From Nostoc sp. (lineage in GTDB: Bacteria; Cyanobacteriota; Cyanobacteriia; Cyanobacteriales; Nostocaceae): a stretch of 64,000 nucleotides of DNA. The position numbers were made by a program, and so were the translations under genes. The notes beneath the pieces are model-generated. The model was not told the DNA's origin, searched no databases, and saw only the letters and a program-made list of their open reading frames with translations. Shown here one piece after another: positions 42,401-52,651 of this stretch. Every line of letters begins with the position of its first letter. Within the stretch, counting starts at the first letter, position 1. Location: positions 64,001 to 128,000 of the forward strand of contig JBALDB010000056.1 in assembly GCA_036918135.1 (NCBI GenBank), written 5' to 3'.

Positions 42401-43625
42401 TAGAAATGCCACCACCATAGTTTGCTGTATTACCAGAGACAGTGCTATCGGTAAGCCGAATGCGGTCACTCCCCAAGCCATCCACTGAACTATAAATACC
42501 ACCGCCCTCGGAGGTCGCTGTGTTCCCAAAGACGCTGCTTTTAGTGAGACTAAGGATACCTGAGTTGTCGATACCACCACCGGAGTTTGCCGTATTGCCA
42601 GAGATATTAGTATTGGTCAGCTTCAGGATGCCTGAGTTGTAGATACCACCGCCCGGATTAGTTGCGGTGTTACCAGAGACATTACTGTTAGTCAGGCTAA
42701 GGATGGTATTACCATCGACCAAAATACCTCCGCCATATCCACTATTACCATTAACAATTTTTAAACCATCAATGGTGGCATCTGTTCCTATTCCTGATAT
42801 CTCAAACACTCTAGAGGCATGATTGCCACTGATCGTCAACTTAGATGCCCCAGTTCCCAAGATGGTGATATCATCAGTGATTGTCAGTTGTCCAGAGGTA
42901 AGAGTGATGGTATCTGGAGTGGCATCAGCGAACACACCGCCGAAGGTAATGGTATCATTTCCAGCAGTCGCATTGGCTAACTTAATTGCCTCACGTAAGG
43001 TAGTGATACCGTTATTCGCATTGCCATCATCAGCGTCGGCGGTACTATTCACCGTAAACGTTGCCAGTACTCCTGCGTAAGCTTGCTGTGTGTTTTCTGT
43101 AAATGCTAAATTTACTTCCATCTGTGCAGTGCAAACTGACAACTCCCAGTTACCGCTTAATGCTGCATTGCCAATCGGCTGACTAGAAGCGGCAATATTT
43201 GCACTTGTGAGTTGGTGCAGTTTTTCTAAAAATTCTGCCCCTGCATCACCAAAAGCCACATTGCAACCGTACAGGAGTAAGTTTTTGGTGGAAAATATCT
43301 GCTGCCATTGTTGCAGTTGTTGGCTATATTCCTTGAGGGTGTCGAGTCCTAAATGAGTGTTGCCTAGTTGCAAACAACCAGGCGCACCGTGAGAGACTAA
43401 ATGAATGTCGGTGATGTCGGAGCGATCGCAATTCCTCAAAATTTCGGTAATTTGTTCAACACCGTTTTGTGTTTGGTCAAGTAGGAACACTTTGGTGTTA
43501 TTAACCACTCCTTTGACTAAACTGTTATAGTCTTCAATTCCCATATCGATGAAGACTAAACTATAGTTATCGGAGGTGAAAATTCTTGGATTTACTTGGG
43601 GGCGTGATGTGTGTAGCGTTGTCAT
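39477..43625 (-). CDS. Large secreted protein: DUF4347 + two beta-helix/choice-of-anchor-Q-like modules + RTX Ca-binding repeats and type I secretion C-terminus
   Basis: HLVSHGAPG/LLYGCNVA (DUF4347), GGGIYN repeats, LGPLQNNGG...DQRG...DIGAYE twice, GGxGNDxL nonapeptides. Confidence 0.85.
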   Translation of the reverse strand: MTTLHTSRPQVNPRIFTSDNYSLVFIDMGIEDYNSLVKGVVNNTKVFLLDQTQNGVEQITEILRNCDRSDITDIHLVSHGAPGCLQLGNTHLGLDTLKEYSQQLQQWQQIFSTKNLLLYGCNVAFGDAGAEFLEKLHQLTSANIAASSQPIGNAALSGNWELSVCTAQMEVNLAFTENTQQAYAGVLATFTVNSTADADDGNANNGITTLREAIKLANATAGNDTITFGGVFADATPDTITLTSGQLTITDDITILGTGASKLTISGNHASRVFEISGIGTDATIDGLKIVNGNSGYGGGILVDGNTILSLTNSNVSGNTATNPGGGIYNSGILKLTNTNISGNTANSGGGIDNSGILSLTKSSVFGNTATSEGGGIYSSVDGLGSDRIRLTDSTVSGNTANYGGGISSSGDLKLINSTVSNNTANYYGGGIYNGTDFYGFRVGTATLTNSTVSGNQALEDGGGIYNFSNLSLINSTIANNIADSNSDGIGNGGGVFNDETVARNDVITVVGNTIIASNFDKSTSGDINPDVSGSNFSDLGNNLIGNKTGSTGFTTSTLVGTSTSPINPKLGPLQNNGGATLTYALLTGSPAINAGKNSLASSVTTDQRGAGFNRISGNTVDIGAYEVQSTSPLSVNTDTVVTNTNDSGKGSLRQAILNANATAGANTITFAGSMFADGVPDVITLTSGQLTITDDLTIVGTGASKLTIGGNNASGVFEITGTGTDVSIDGLKIANADDVIYGSILLNNNTSLNLTNSTVSDNQGAVGGIFNRGNLSLTNTTVSGNQGSSLGGGIFNKGTLSLTNSTISDNSANGDFTSTYGGGIFNTGTLKITNSTVYNNSIDASGLNRTSPDPYSTYGGGIYNSGTADITNSTVFGNFSNYNGGGIFNTGTLTLTNDTITNNKADAIYENGNGGGVFNDSKGTVVVGNTIVAGNSAVNAPDSPDVFGSFTDAGNNLIGNNTGSTGFTTSTLVGTSSNPIDPKLGQLQDNGGPTLTQDLLTGSPAINAGNNALIPASVTTDQRGSGFNRISGGKVDIGADELQSDGLNLTGTSGADILVGSNSPDKINGKAGNDTITAKKGNDTLTGGGGKDKFVYNLRDQTDTITDFGGVGKGTNPSAAVIAEVDTIKFQGAGLTAQNLLLTQNGTSLEITFEGVSDTKVILEKFKLEDLENLKASGTTPAIGNILFDGQTSITDSFNVLDANSTDTSIGINNTVTFLNDLANNITGLDNSNDVVNGQGGNDKIDGKSGNDLLRGGIGNDTLIGGTGNDILVGGAGNDSLTGGSGNDQFVYQALSDKGTTGDKITDFNQNQDKLVLTDLFKSLGYNGGSPYGDGYLQFVQSGTSTQVQVDANGGGDGFSTLVTLNNFTASNLIVGTNVIV

Positions 43626-44139
43626 TTGGTTATTTCAAGTTAAGGTTATGAGTAAAACTCAAACCGACTTTAGCCTTGTGATTATAGGGTTTTCACACAA
43701 CTACCAACAACTAAATCAAGAACTAAGACAAACTATATATTCACTAGGAATTTTTTCTTCATTGGTATCATCTAGCAAGTTGGTGATTTTGTAAAGCAGC
43801 AAATCTAGATAATTTTACTAGGTTACTCAAATCATCTTAATGATATTTGTCAAAAACCAGGCTTTTTCGACGTTAGACTTGAAAATCTCCTTTTTTATTC
43901 CAAAAACCTAGTTTTTTAATTTATTGGAAATAATACTAAATATTAATTAATGAATATATTGCTTAATATTTGTTTCAACATTGTCTCTATCACATTGATA
44001 GATTAAATACATAATATATCTTAATATATAAACTGCAATAATTAAGCCAAAAAGATTTATAGTAATTTTTCGCAAATATTAATTTTCTAATACTGCTGAT
44101 CGGGCAGAATATAAATAATTATTATAAATAATAAATAAT

Positions 44140-46374
44140 ATGGAAAAAAGTGTTATTAATGCCAGCCTTTCGACTGAGAACCTAACCTTTCGTCCAGGTG
44201 ATACTCCTGCTTCGTTTGAGGTAACTGTCAATAATGACAGCGATCGCTTTGTGAATTTTCAGCTAGAAATTACCGCCGCTGGAGAAACTCGCAATTCAGG
44301 ATATGTTTGGTATAAACTTCAACCGGAAGTGGCAGCAGCTAAGCCACCAGGCAGTAGTACGATATTCCAAGTGTTGATATTTAATACACCGATAGTCGGA
44401 TTTGTCGGCACTGTTAACCTGATGGTAAAGGTTTTTTCACCACAGTTAGCACAACAATGCAGACTTGTGCTACGCCTAAAAATTGAGCGAGACAATAGAC
44501 CAACACAATTAAGTTTAGAATTACCTGTGCGAGAGTTCCAAGTTTATCCGCGTAATGCTGTAGATATACCAGTACGGGTGCGGAACTTGAGTCAACAACC
44601 GACTAATGTAACGCTACGTTTTACAGGCGTCGATCCTTCTTGGCTGACTAATAGTGCAGAACGGCGATTAGCCCTAGATGCAGGTGGTTTAGCAGAAGCG
44701 ACATTCCAATGCCAGCCTCCTTCTGTCGTCCAAGCACCCAGCCAAAACTATCCTTTTGTGATTGAAGCTGTTAGCAATAATGGTTACCCTACTACTACCC
44801 AAGGCAATATTGAAGTTTTACCTGTGGGTTTTGTAGAATTTACCACCACACACAAACAGCAAAAAATTCCTAGTAAATCGGCATGGTTACCCGACTGGAA
44901 ATCTAATACAGCCTCCTTTGAATTGCTATTTAAAAATGCTAGTAACTTATATCAGCAACTTGATGTCCAAATTCAAGGTAGAGACCAACGAAAATGTAGT
45001 TTTAAAAAGTCTCCCGAAGCCACCAATTTGAATTTAGGAGAGACAACTAAAGTTATTCTCGATGTTAAAACAAAACGCCCTTGGCTCGGAATAGGCAAAA
45101 CTTTATTACTGGAGGCTAAATCGGAATTATCCGACCAACGTTTAGGTAGTACAGACCCCGCTACCCAGACATTAGAAGTGCAGGTTTTACCGATTATACC
45201 TCTGTGGTTACAATTAGCAGCGATCGCATTATTAGCAGCACTGATAGCATGGATAGTGCAACCCAGAGGTGTCATGCATACGCGTTCTGTGAACTCGGTG
45301 CGTTTGAGTGGCATTGGTTTGTCTGTTGTCAGTGGTTCAGATGATTGCACATTAAGACTTTGGAGCATCGGTGCCGAACGCTTAGACCCGGATGACAGAG
45401 TAACATATAATGGGCAGCCTGTAGCTTGCGAGCAACGGCAACAGCCCAAAGGTCTGATGGCGATTACCGATGATGCTGTAGAAGTCTTACGCTTCATGCC
45501 ATTACAAAACGACCGTGTTGCCGTCGGTTTAGATAATGGTGTAATTGAACTCAGGGATGTACCTTCAGGTGCTAAAATTAGCGAACTTCAAGACCTTAAA
45601 GACCCAAAAGCAAAAGGCGATCGCGTTTTTGATTTAGCTTTCACTCCCAACTCACTAAATTTATTTAGTGGTTATGGCAGTGGTAAAGTGAGATTATGGT
45701 CAAGACCAGCGCCTAACACCAATTTCCTGCCAGAACCGCAAGCGATCGATGTCCAAAGTACATTGAAACTATCAGGTTTCCAAGTCCGTGCCTTAACTCT
45801 CAGTCCAGATGCTACAACTGTTGTAATTGCTGGAAACTTTAAGCGCTTCGTCTTATGGCAGTGGAATTCAAATCAAACTAATAAAAAATTTCCAGGTTTA
45901 TCAGTGCAAAATCTGGAAAAATTAGATGAAAGAGTTGGGCGTGAAGATTATATTTGGGCATTAGCTTTTGTTCCTAACTCGGCAGAAAAAATCCTCGCAA
46001 CCTCTGATTCTGCGGGATACATTACAATTTGGAATTTAAATCGCTGCCAAACTCTCAAAAATCCCAATCCCCAGGTACAAGTAAATGAACTAAATTGCCC
46101 AACACTAGACCGCTGGTCAGCGTCGAAAACATCTGTGCGTAGTCTGGCATTTAGTGAAGATGGTAATCTGCTAGTAAGTGGTGGCGACGATGGGCGAGTC
46201 GTAGTTTGGTACTTAACCCCCGACCATAAACTTGACAAAGCAAAGGCAGCAGAAGGTAAAACAATTTACCAAAGCTCTAAAAAAATCAATAGTATCGACT
46301 TGAAAACTAATCAAGGAACCATGATTGTGAGTGGTAGTGAAGATTTTCAGGTCAAACTACACCGCATCAAATAA
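44140..46374 (+). CDS. Single-pass membrane protein: N-terminal Ig-like domains + TM + WD40 propeller
   Basis: TM LWLQLAAIALLAALIAWIV; SGSDDCTLRLW, SGGDDGRVVVW, SGSEDFQVKL. Confidence 0.75.
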   Translation: MEKSVINASLSTENLTFRPGDTPASFEVTVNNDSDRFVNFQLEITAAGETRNSGYVWYKLQPEVAAAKPPGSSTIFQVLIFNTPIVGFVGTVNLMVKVFSPQLAQQCRLVLRLKIERDNRPTQLSLELPVREFQVYPRNAVDIPVRVRNLSQQPTNVTLRFTGVDPSWLTNSAERRLALDAGGLAEATFQCQPPSVVQAPSQNYPFVIEAVSNNGYPTTTQGNIEVLPVGFVEFTTTHKQQKIPSKSAWLPDWKSNTASFELLFKNASNLYQQLDVQIQGRDQRKCSFKKSPEATNLNLGETTKVILDVKTKRPWLGIGKTLLLEAKSELSDQRLGSTDPATQTLEVQVLPIIPLWLQLAAIALLAALIAWIVQPRGVMHTRSVNSVRLSGIGLSVVSGSDDCTLRLWSIGAERLDPDDRVTYNGQPVACEQRQQPKGLMAITDDAVEVLRFMPLQNDRVAVGLDNGVIELRDVPSGAKISELQDLKDPKAKGDRVFDLAFTPNSLNLFSGYGSGKVRLWSRPAPNTNFLPEPQAIDVQSTLKLSGFQVRALTLSPDATTVVIAGNFKRFVLWQWNSNQTNKKFPGLSVQNLEKLDERVGREDYIWALAFVPNSAEKILATSDSAGYITIWNLNRCQTLKNPNPQVQVNELNCPTLDRWSASKTSVRSLAFSEDGNLLVSGGDDGRVVVWYLTPDHKLDKAKAAEGKTIYQSSKKINSIDLKTNQGTMIVSGSEDFQVKLHRIK

Positions 46375-46387
46375 GGGAGTCGATAAC

Positions 46388-48700
46388 ATGCAAGCTAAAT
46401 TCAATCCATTACAAGTTTATATCAACCCTCCTGATATCCAATTTGGGATGCCTGGAGATACCATTGTTCTCTATGTAGTTGTCAGCAATCAGGGAGACCA
46501 GAGTGCTGTTATTGACTTATATTTTGTTTTTGATGAGGTTTTTCAAAATTTAACAGGCTGGTCTAGTTCTCCGAGAGAAAGTTTAGCATTAGCTCCAGGA
46601 CAAAGTAGCGATGAAGTTGTATTTGAATTTCAAATCGCCCCTGAAGCTTTTCCAGGAACCTATGACTATACCCTAGTTGTAGACTCCCCTGAACACTACC
46701 CCCAAGATACTCCCATTACTTTCCCAAATCAAATTAAAGTTCTGCTTAAAGAACAGACCGCAATTCGTTTAAATGACCCGACATTTTCTATTAGACCTAA
46801 TACTAATCCTAACAAACCGCTAATTTTTAATTTTAGCGAACCTTTGCAAGTCGAGGTGATAGTTGACAATCGCTCTTATCTGGTAGATCGTTTCCGGTTG
46901 GCTTGCCCAGATTTAGACGATGACTGGTTTACAATTAATTATCCCAAGACTGGATTCGAGGGACAAGGGTTGGTGTCTGACGTAACTGCACTCGAACTCA
47001 ATCCTGGTACTCAAGGTCAAATATTATTAAAATTTCATCCACCTGTAAATACCTTGGCTGGCAGCTACTCTCCGACAATCCGCTTATATTCGGAAAACTC
47101 TCCAGACTTAGTGCTACTGGATTTGGTATACATTCAAATTCCCACAAATTATCGCCTAGACATAGAACTGAATACGATTTTGGGACAAGTTAGCCGTAGT
47201 CTTGGCAAGTATGAATTATCACTGGCTAATCAGGGTAATATTGTCCGCGAACTGATGTTGAGCTTAAAAAGTCGAGATGAAGAAGAACTGTATACTTACG
47301 CTTTTGACCCTACTGAAGTAAGATTATTACCTAGTAAAAGTGCCATAGCCAATTTGATGGTCAAACCTAAACCTTGGTGGCGACGACCGTGGTTTGGTAC
47401 AGGGCTAGTTGTCAACTTTAGAGTTGATATTAAAGACCAACAAAGTTTACCTTTACCTAACACATTGCCTCAGGGAACCTTGGTATGGAAACCTCGCCCT
47501 TGGTGGCAATTTCTCCTGTTACTTTTAGCAATTTTGGGTGTATTGGGAGGAATAGGATTTATTATTTGGCGAGTTTTAAATCCGGAACCTTTGAGATTGG
47601 AAAATTTTAGTGCTAATAACCCACGAATCACTGAAGACGAAGATGAGGTAGCTTTGAGGTGGCAGATTCACAATTATCAACAGTTACAAAATCTGATTTT
47701 AACAACCAAAGGTTCGCAACCGATTCAGCCGATTACCTATGACTTTAGGAATGGTATTCCTGAGTCGTTAGGTAAAGGCAGCGCTAATGAAATACCTCCT
47801 TGTCAGGTGCAAGAAAAACAAGAATTAATTTGTAGCAATGTCAAAACTGGAGTGAAAACTAGAGGAAATTATACTTTTGAGTTACAAGCATTTTATCGTA
47901 ATGGGATACAGTTATTTTCTCCCAAAGAGCAAGTAGTAACTCAAACAACTCAAGTAGAAGTAGCTGAGAAACAAATTGCTCAAGTGATTAATTTTCAAGC
48001 AGATAAAACCCAATATACTAAAGGTCAAAATATTCTTTTAAGTTGGGCGATCGCTCGTCCTTTATTACTCGCACAAGTTCAAGTTACTGGTAATGCAGAT
48101 GATGGTACATTATACGGTGAACCAATTACTTATAAATTCAATCAAGGTAAGATAACCGACCCGAAGCTGCAAAAATTATGCACGCAACAAAATCAACAAC
48201 TTCAATGTAAAAATATTCCTCTATCAGCATCTAAAGCTGGAAAATTTGCCTTTAAAATCAAAGCTTTTCCGAATAATGGAAGTCAAAAAATTGATGCTAA
48301 AAATACTGAATCTAAAATCGAAATCTTACCGAAACCATTTAAGATTATCTCTTTTACTATCAACGGTAGCGAACAACCAAATGTAGTTCTCAATGAAGGA
48401 GCAACTGCTACTCTTAACTGGAAAGTAGAAGGAGAAAATATTCAGGTGAAACTTCAACCATACGGCAATGATGTTGCACCAGTTGGTTCAATCAAACTTC
48501 CAGTTAATTTAGCTTTCCCACCTCAAATTGCATTGCAAGTTAATGATATATCTGGGAAGCAGCAACCCCAGCAGCGAGGATTTGCAATCACAGTTATTAA
48601 AAAAGTAGTGCCGACTCCTGTACCTCCCCTAAACCCAATTCAACCTACTCTTCCACGCAGTAACCCATTTAAGAGTCCTTTACCTCTACCTCTAAGGTAA
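46388..48700 (+). CDS. Paralogous single-pass membrane protein with Ig-like domains and a Pro-rich C-terminus
   Basis: RBS GGGAG before ATG at 46388; N-terminal repeats resemble the upstream gene; KPRPWWQFLLLLL TM. Confidence 0.7.
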   Translation: MQAKFNPLQVYINPPDIQFGMPGDTIVLYVVVSNQGDQSAVIDLYFVFDEVFQNLTGWSSSPRESLALAPGQSSDEVVFEFQIAPEAFPGTYDYTLVVDSPEHYPQDTPITFPNQIKVLLKEQTAIRLNDPTFSIRPNTNPNKPLIFNFSEPLQVEVIVDNRSYLVDRFRLACPDLDDDWFTINYPKTGFEGQGLVSDVTALELNPGTQGQILLKFHPPVNTLAGSYSPTIRLYSENSPDLVLLDLVYIQIPTNYRLDIELNTILGQVSRSLGKYELSLANQGNIVRELMLSLKSRDEEELYTYAFDPTEVRLLPSKSAIANLMVKPKPWWRRPWFGTGLVVNFRVDIKDQQSLPLPNTLPQGTLVWKPRPWWQFLLLLLAILGVLGGIGFIIWRVLNPEPLRLENFSANNPRITEDEDEVALRWQIHNYQQLQNLILTTKGSQPIQPITYDFRNGIPESLGKGSANEIPPCQVQEKQELICSNVKTGVKTRGNYTFELQAFYRNGIQLFSPKEQVVTQTTQVEVAEKQIAQVINFQADKTQYTKGQNILLSWAIARPLLLAQVQVTGNADDGTLYGEPITYKFNQGKITDPKLQKLCTQQNQQLQCKNIPLSASKAGKFAFKIKAFPNNGSQKIDAKNTESKIEILPKPFKIISFTINGSEQPNVVLNEGATATLNWKVEGENIQVKLQPYGNDVAPVGSIKLPVNLAFPPQIALQVNDISGKQQPQQRGFAITVIKKVVPTPVPPLNPIQPTLPRSNPFKSPLPLPLR

Positions 48701-48721
48701 TCTGACTAAAAAATTAATGGA

Positions 48722-49549
48722 TTACACTTTTTGGGAAATGTGAAAAGCAGAGATATAGGAAAGTTGCAGACTACCACCGAAATCATCTTCTATGCGATGC
48801 CTCAATCCTGAAAATAAAGACTCTTTGGTGTGTGGATCTAATTTTAGATATGGCGAGTAAGTATTTAAAAGTGTTAGATATTCATCTACAGTGTAGGTTA
48901 CTTGCGATCTAACTTGTTCAGATATCAAGTCTTTGAATTGCCCCGATTCAATAGCCATATTTCCTAATTCTCTCAAGACATATTCTTGAGTTGCTTGATC
49001 TTCATAGCGATTAAGAGATGGAGTATATACTTGATAAATTTCAGATAAGCTTTTATACACTTCGTAGCTGGGTTGAAGTTCTTTATTCCACAATAAAATT
49101 AAACGGCTACTTTCTTTGAGAGCATTTGCGGCTTTTGGATATCCTATTTCCGGTAATATCCAATGAAAAGAACTCGCTGCTAAAACGGCATCAAATTCAA
49201 AAGGTTTGAGTTTCCACTCTTCAAAGGATGTGTTTTCAATCTCTACATTGGAATAGGGTTGACAATTGTATTCAGCTAGCTGAAAAAAATCTGGGTTAGG
49301 TTCCAAGCAGGTCATTGAGCAACCCAATTGAGCAAATGCTACCGTTGCAGTTCCAGGGCCACATCCCAATTCCAGAATTTTTGAATTTGTGGAGAGTTGA
49401 GCAACTTGTGCAACTTGCTCAATCAACTCCTGAGGATAGCGGGGTCTTGCTTTGTTATAAGCTTTGGCTGCGGCAGAATACCAATTTTTGCGCTGTTCGA
49501 GGTCTGTGGTGGAGCAGCTGATTATTTTTTGTTTTATGTCTTCGATCAT
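48722..49549 (-). CDS. Class I SAM-dependent methyltransferase
   Basis: RPRYP, ILELGCGPG, AASSFHW. Confidence 0.88.
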   Translation of the reverse strand: MIEDIKQKIISCSTTDLEQRKNWYSAAAKAYNKARPRYPQELIEQVAQVAQLSTNSKILELGCGPGTATVAFAQLGCSMTCLEPNPDFFQLAEYNCQPYSNVEIENTSFEEWKLKPFEFDAVLAASSFHWILPEIGYPKAANALKESSRLILLWNKELQPSYEVYKSLSEIYQVYTPSLNRYEDQATQEYVLRELGNMAIESGQFKDLISEQVRSQVTYTVDEYLTLLNTYSPYLKLDPHTKESLFSGLRHRIEDDFGGSLQLSYISAFHISQKV

Positions 49550-49619
49550 CTATTCAATTCCTTCAAATCCTTTTATGGCTGGATTATTCACCAATTCCGA
49601 ATTGTGGATTCTGACTAGC

Positions 49620-50798
49620 TCAGCGTCTTTGCCTATTTGACAACAAAGGTTTTCGCAACGGTACTACCTCGGCTTCACTACTTTCGCGTGCTACCCGAAT
49701 CAGCAATCCAGCAGCTATCAAACTGGCAATCATAGAATTACCACCATAGCTAAACATCGGCAAGGGTAAGCCAGTAGTTGGTAAAGAACCTGTAGCAACA
49801 CCAATGTGCAGCAATGATTGTCCTACCATTAAAACCGTTACACCTATCGCTACCAGTCGATGCACTGAATTTTTTGCCTTTAGCGCTACGACTAATCCCA
49901 AAGTCGCAAATATTGCTAAAAGTGCCAACAGCACCATACTGCCAACAAAACCAAATTCTTCGGCGAACACGGCAAAAATAAAATCTGTGTCCTGAATTGG
50001 TAAATAAAATAGCTTTTGTTGGGAAAGTCCAAATCCGGCTCCCCAAGTTCTACCAGAACCTACAGCCAATAAACTTTGCACCAATTGGTAACCGTCTCCT
50101 GTCGCATCCGCCCAAGGATTCAAGAATGACATCACCCGCTTGCGCTGATACTCTTTGATGCTAATACTGAGTACTGCTAACATTACTCCACCAATTGCTG
50201 TCCCTCCCAAGTACTTATAAGGTAACCCAGCTGCTAGGGCAATTAGCCAAATAGTCATCCCGCAAAGTGCTGTTGTACTTAAGTTAGGCTGGGCAAGAAT
50301 TCCTAAAAGAACCAAACCGAAAATAACCAGCCAAGCGCAGCGAACCCGCCAACTAATTCGTTCCCATTGACCAAAAAGCCGCGCACTTTGCAGCACTAGA
50401 AATGGTTTAATCAATTCTGAGGGTTGAATGGGAATTGGCCCGATCGCTATCCAACGCGCTGCATCAAAAGCCTTTTTTCCCAATCCTGGGATCAGCGTCA
50501 CGAAAATTAATGTCAAAAACACCATCAAAAACCAATGGGATTGTCCCAAAATTTTCTGCAATGGCGAGTTAACAATAATATTGAATCCGACTAAGGCAAC
50601 TAAAACCCAAAGCAGTTGCCGCTTAAAGTAGTACAATCCATCACTATGACGGGCATCAGCAACGGGATAGGATGCTGAAAATAGCATAATCAAGCCGACG
50701 AACAGCCAAACGAATGTTAACCAGCGCAATAACCGCGCTTCTAATGCCCAGTTAGAGACAGAATTATCAAAAAATGGAATCAGACGGCGTAGATTCAC
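49620..50798 (-). CDS. ftsW: SEDS peptidoglycan glycosyltransferase FtsW
   Basis: LFSASY, ARWI...IQPSELIK, QPNLST, GYQLVQS, LPIQDTDFIF, TGLPLPMFSYGG. Confidence 0.9.
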   Translation of the reverse strand: MNLRRLIPFFDNSVSNWALEARLLRWLTFVWLFVGLIMLFSASYPVADARHSDGLYYFKRQLLWVLVALVGFNIIVNSPLQKILGQSHWFLMVFLTLIFVTLIPGLGKKAFDAARWIAIGPIPIQPSELIKPFLVLQSARLFGQWERISWRVRCAWLVIFGLVLLGILAQPNLSTTALCGMTIWLIALAAGLPYKYLGGTAIGGVMLAVLSISIKEYQRKRVMSFLNPWADATGDGYQLVQSLLAVGSGRTWGAGFGLSQQKLFYLPIQDTDFIFAVFAEEFGFVGSMVLLALLAIFATLGLVVALKAKNSVHRLVAIGVTVLMVGQSLLHIGVATGSLPTTGLPLPMFSYGGNSMIASLIAAGLLIRVARESSEAEVVPLRKPLLSNRQRR

Positions 50799-51169
50799 GA
50801 GCGGTATAGGTGAAAAGTTAGGAATTGAAAGTTAGGAATAAAACTCATAAATCATAACTCATAACACACTAATGTGATGCACCGTTTTCACAATACATTA
50901 GTGTAAGTTGTTACAGATACTCAAGGTTTAGTAATCAGTAACTTTTGCAAATTATTTTTGTCTAGCGATGCCCAATCTTTGTGAAGCAAATGCTACCAAG
51001 GCTACACTTACAGAAGATATTCATATTTAATCACAAACCATCAAGGACGACGATAACGATAATTTTCACTTTCTCCTGCAAGGATTGTTATATAAACTTA
51101 TACTAATCTCAAAAATAATAGTAGATTTATAATTGATAAAGTACACAAACCATATTTAGTAGCTAGGCG

Positions 51170-52633
51170 TCAAGCCTGTATTGCTTTTGACTTATGACTT
51201 GTGAATTCTGCTCTTACAGCTGGGTTTTTCATTGATAGCGGAATTTCAATCCAAAATTCAGTTCCTTGTCCTGGTTCTGATACGCATCTGAGTGTTCCCC
51301 CGTGTTTTTCGACAATAATTTGATAGCTAATTGATAAACCTAATCCTGTACCCTTACCGACAGGCTTAGTTGTGAAAAATGGAGCGAACAGTCGTTCTTT
51401 AACAGCTTCTGTCATTCCTGAACCATTATCAGCGATCCGAATTACAACAGACTTGCTTTCTATAGCTTGTGTAGTAATTGTAATGATATTAAGCTGAGGA
51501 TGAATTTCTGCGCTTTGTGGTTTACTTTTATAGTTATCAAAAGCATCGACTGCATTACTAATAATATTCATGAATACCTGATTTAGTTGACCAGGATAGC
51601 AATCTATCAAAGGCAAATTTCCATAATTTTTAACTACTTTGATACCAGGACCATCGACACTACTCTTGAAACGATTTTGTAAAATTAGCAAAGTATTGTC
51701 CAGTCCTTGGTGAATATCAACACTTTTTTTCTCAGCTTCATCAACTCGAGAGAAGTTCTTCAGGGACAATACAATTTCCGAGATTCGTTCGGCTCCTACT
51801 TCCATCGAATTGAGGATTTTAGGCAAATCATCTAGTAAAAAATCTAAATCAATTTCCTCAACGTATTTTTGAATTTCTGGCATTGAATTGGCAGAAAATT
51901 GCTCATAAAGTTGCACCAGTTTGAGTAAAGATTCTATATAATCTCTTGCGTATTTTAAATTTCCATAAATAAAATTAACAGGATTATTAATTTCGTGAGC
52001 AACTCCCGCAACTAACTGTCCCAAACTAGACATTTTCTCAGCTTGAATTAATTGAGCTTGAGTTTGCTGGAGTTCTTTGAGAGAGTTTTCCAATTTTTTA
52101 GCTTGAGCCTCAGCAATTTGCGCTAGATTTTCCTTGATTTGTAGCGCACCGCGTAATTGCACTCTTTGTTGTTTCAGTTCACTTGTTAACTTTTTAGCAT
52201 CAGCTAAAGCGGTATTTTGAGCTTGCAATAAAAACAGAAAATCAGCAATTGGGTCATGAATTGCAAAATCTTTGAGCTTGATACCCAAAGGAGCAAGATT
52301 AGTTGTATCTGTAATCCAAGGAGAACCTAAGAAAAATATCACCTCCTGCTCTGGGTGATACATCATCTGACCCTTGAGCTGCATTCCATTGTGGAGAAAC
52401 TCTAAGATGAACAAAGCACGAGACTGTTTACTAATAGCATCAAAATCGACTAAAATTTTTGGTCGATTGATTTGGAAATGCTGCTCAATCAATTTACCAA
52501 CTATTGGTTCGGAACTAATACGTTCTAAGACATCACCAGCTTGTACAATTTGGCGATCGCGGTTAAATGCGAAATGGAAAGGAAAAGCTTTCGCCAGTAA
52601 CTCTGGTGAAAGCGTAAGGTAAGGAGGAGCCAT
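51170..52633 (-). CDS. HNOBA-domain sensor histidine kinase
   Basis: AFPFHFAF/LKGQM (HNOB-associated), AHEINNP H-box, NQVFMNI, DNGSG, FFTTKPVGKGTGLGL. Confidence 0.9.
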   Translation of the reverse strand: MAPPYLTLSPELLAKAFPFHFAFNRDRQIVQAGDVLERISSEPIVGKLIEQHFQINRPKILVDFDAISKQSRALFILEFLHNGMQLKGQMMYHPEQEVIFFLGSPWITDTTNLAPLGIKLKDFAIHDPIADFLFLLQAQNTALADAKKLTSELKQQRVQLRGALQIKENLAQIAEAQAKKLENSLKELQQTQAQLIQAEKMSSLGQLVAGVAHEINNPVNFIYGNLKYARDYIESLLKLVQLYEQFSANSMPEIQKYVEEIDLDFLLDDLPKILNSMEVGAERISEIVLSLKNFSRVDEAEKKSVDIHQGLDNTLLILQNRFKSSVDGPGIKVVKNYGNLPLIDCYPGQLNQVFMNIISNAVDAFDNYKSKPQSAEIHPQLNIITITTQAIESKSVVIRIADNGSGMTEAVKERLFAPFFTTKPVGKGTGLGLSISYQIIVEKHGGTLRCVSEPGQGTEFWIEIPLSMKNPAVRAEFTSHKSKAIQA

Positions 52634-52651
52634 GCTGCTGCTGTCCTACGG

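Noticed and set aside
39744..43080. Multiple plus-strand ORFs
   Set aside because: Antisense shadows of the repetitive DUF4347/RTX gene.
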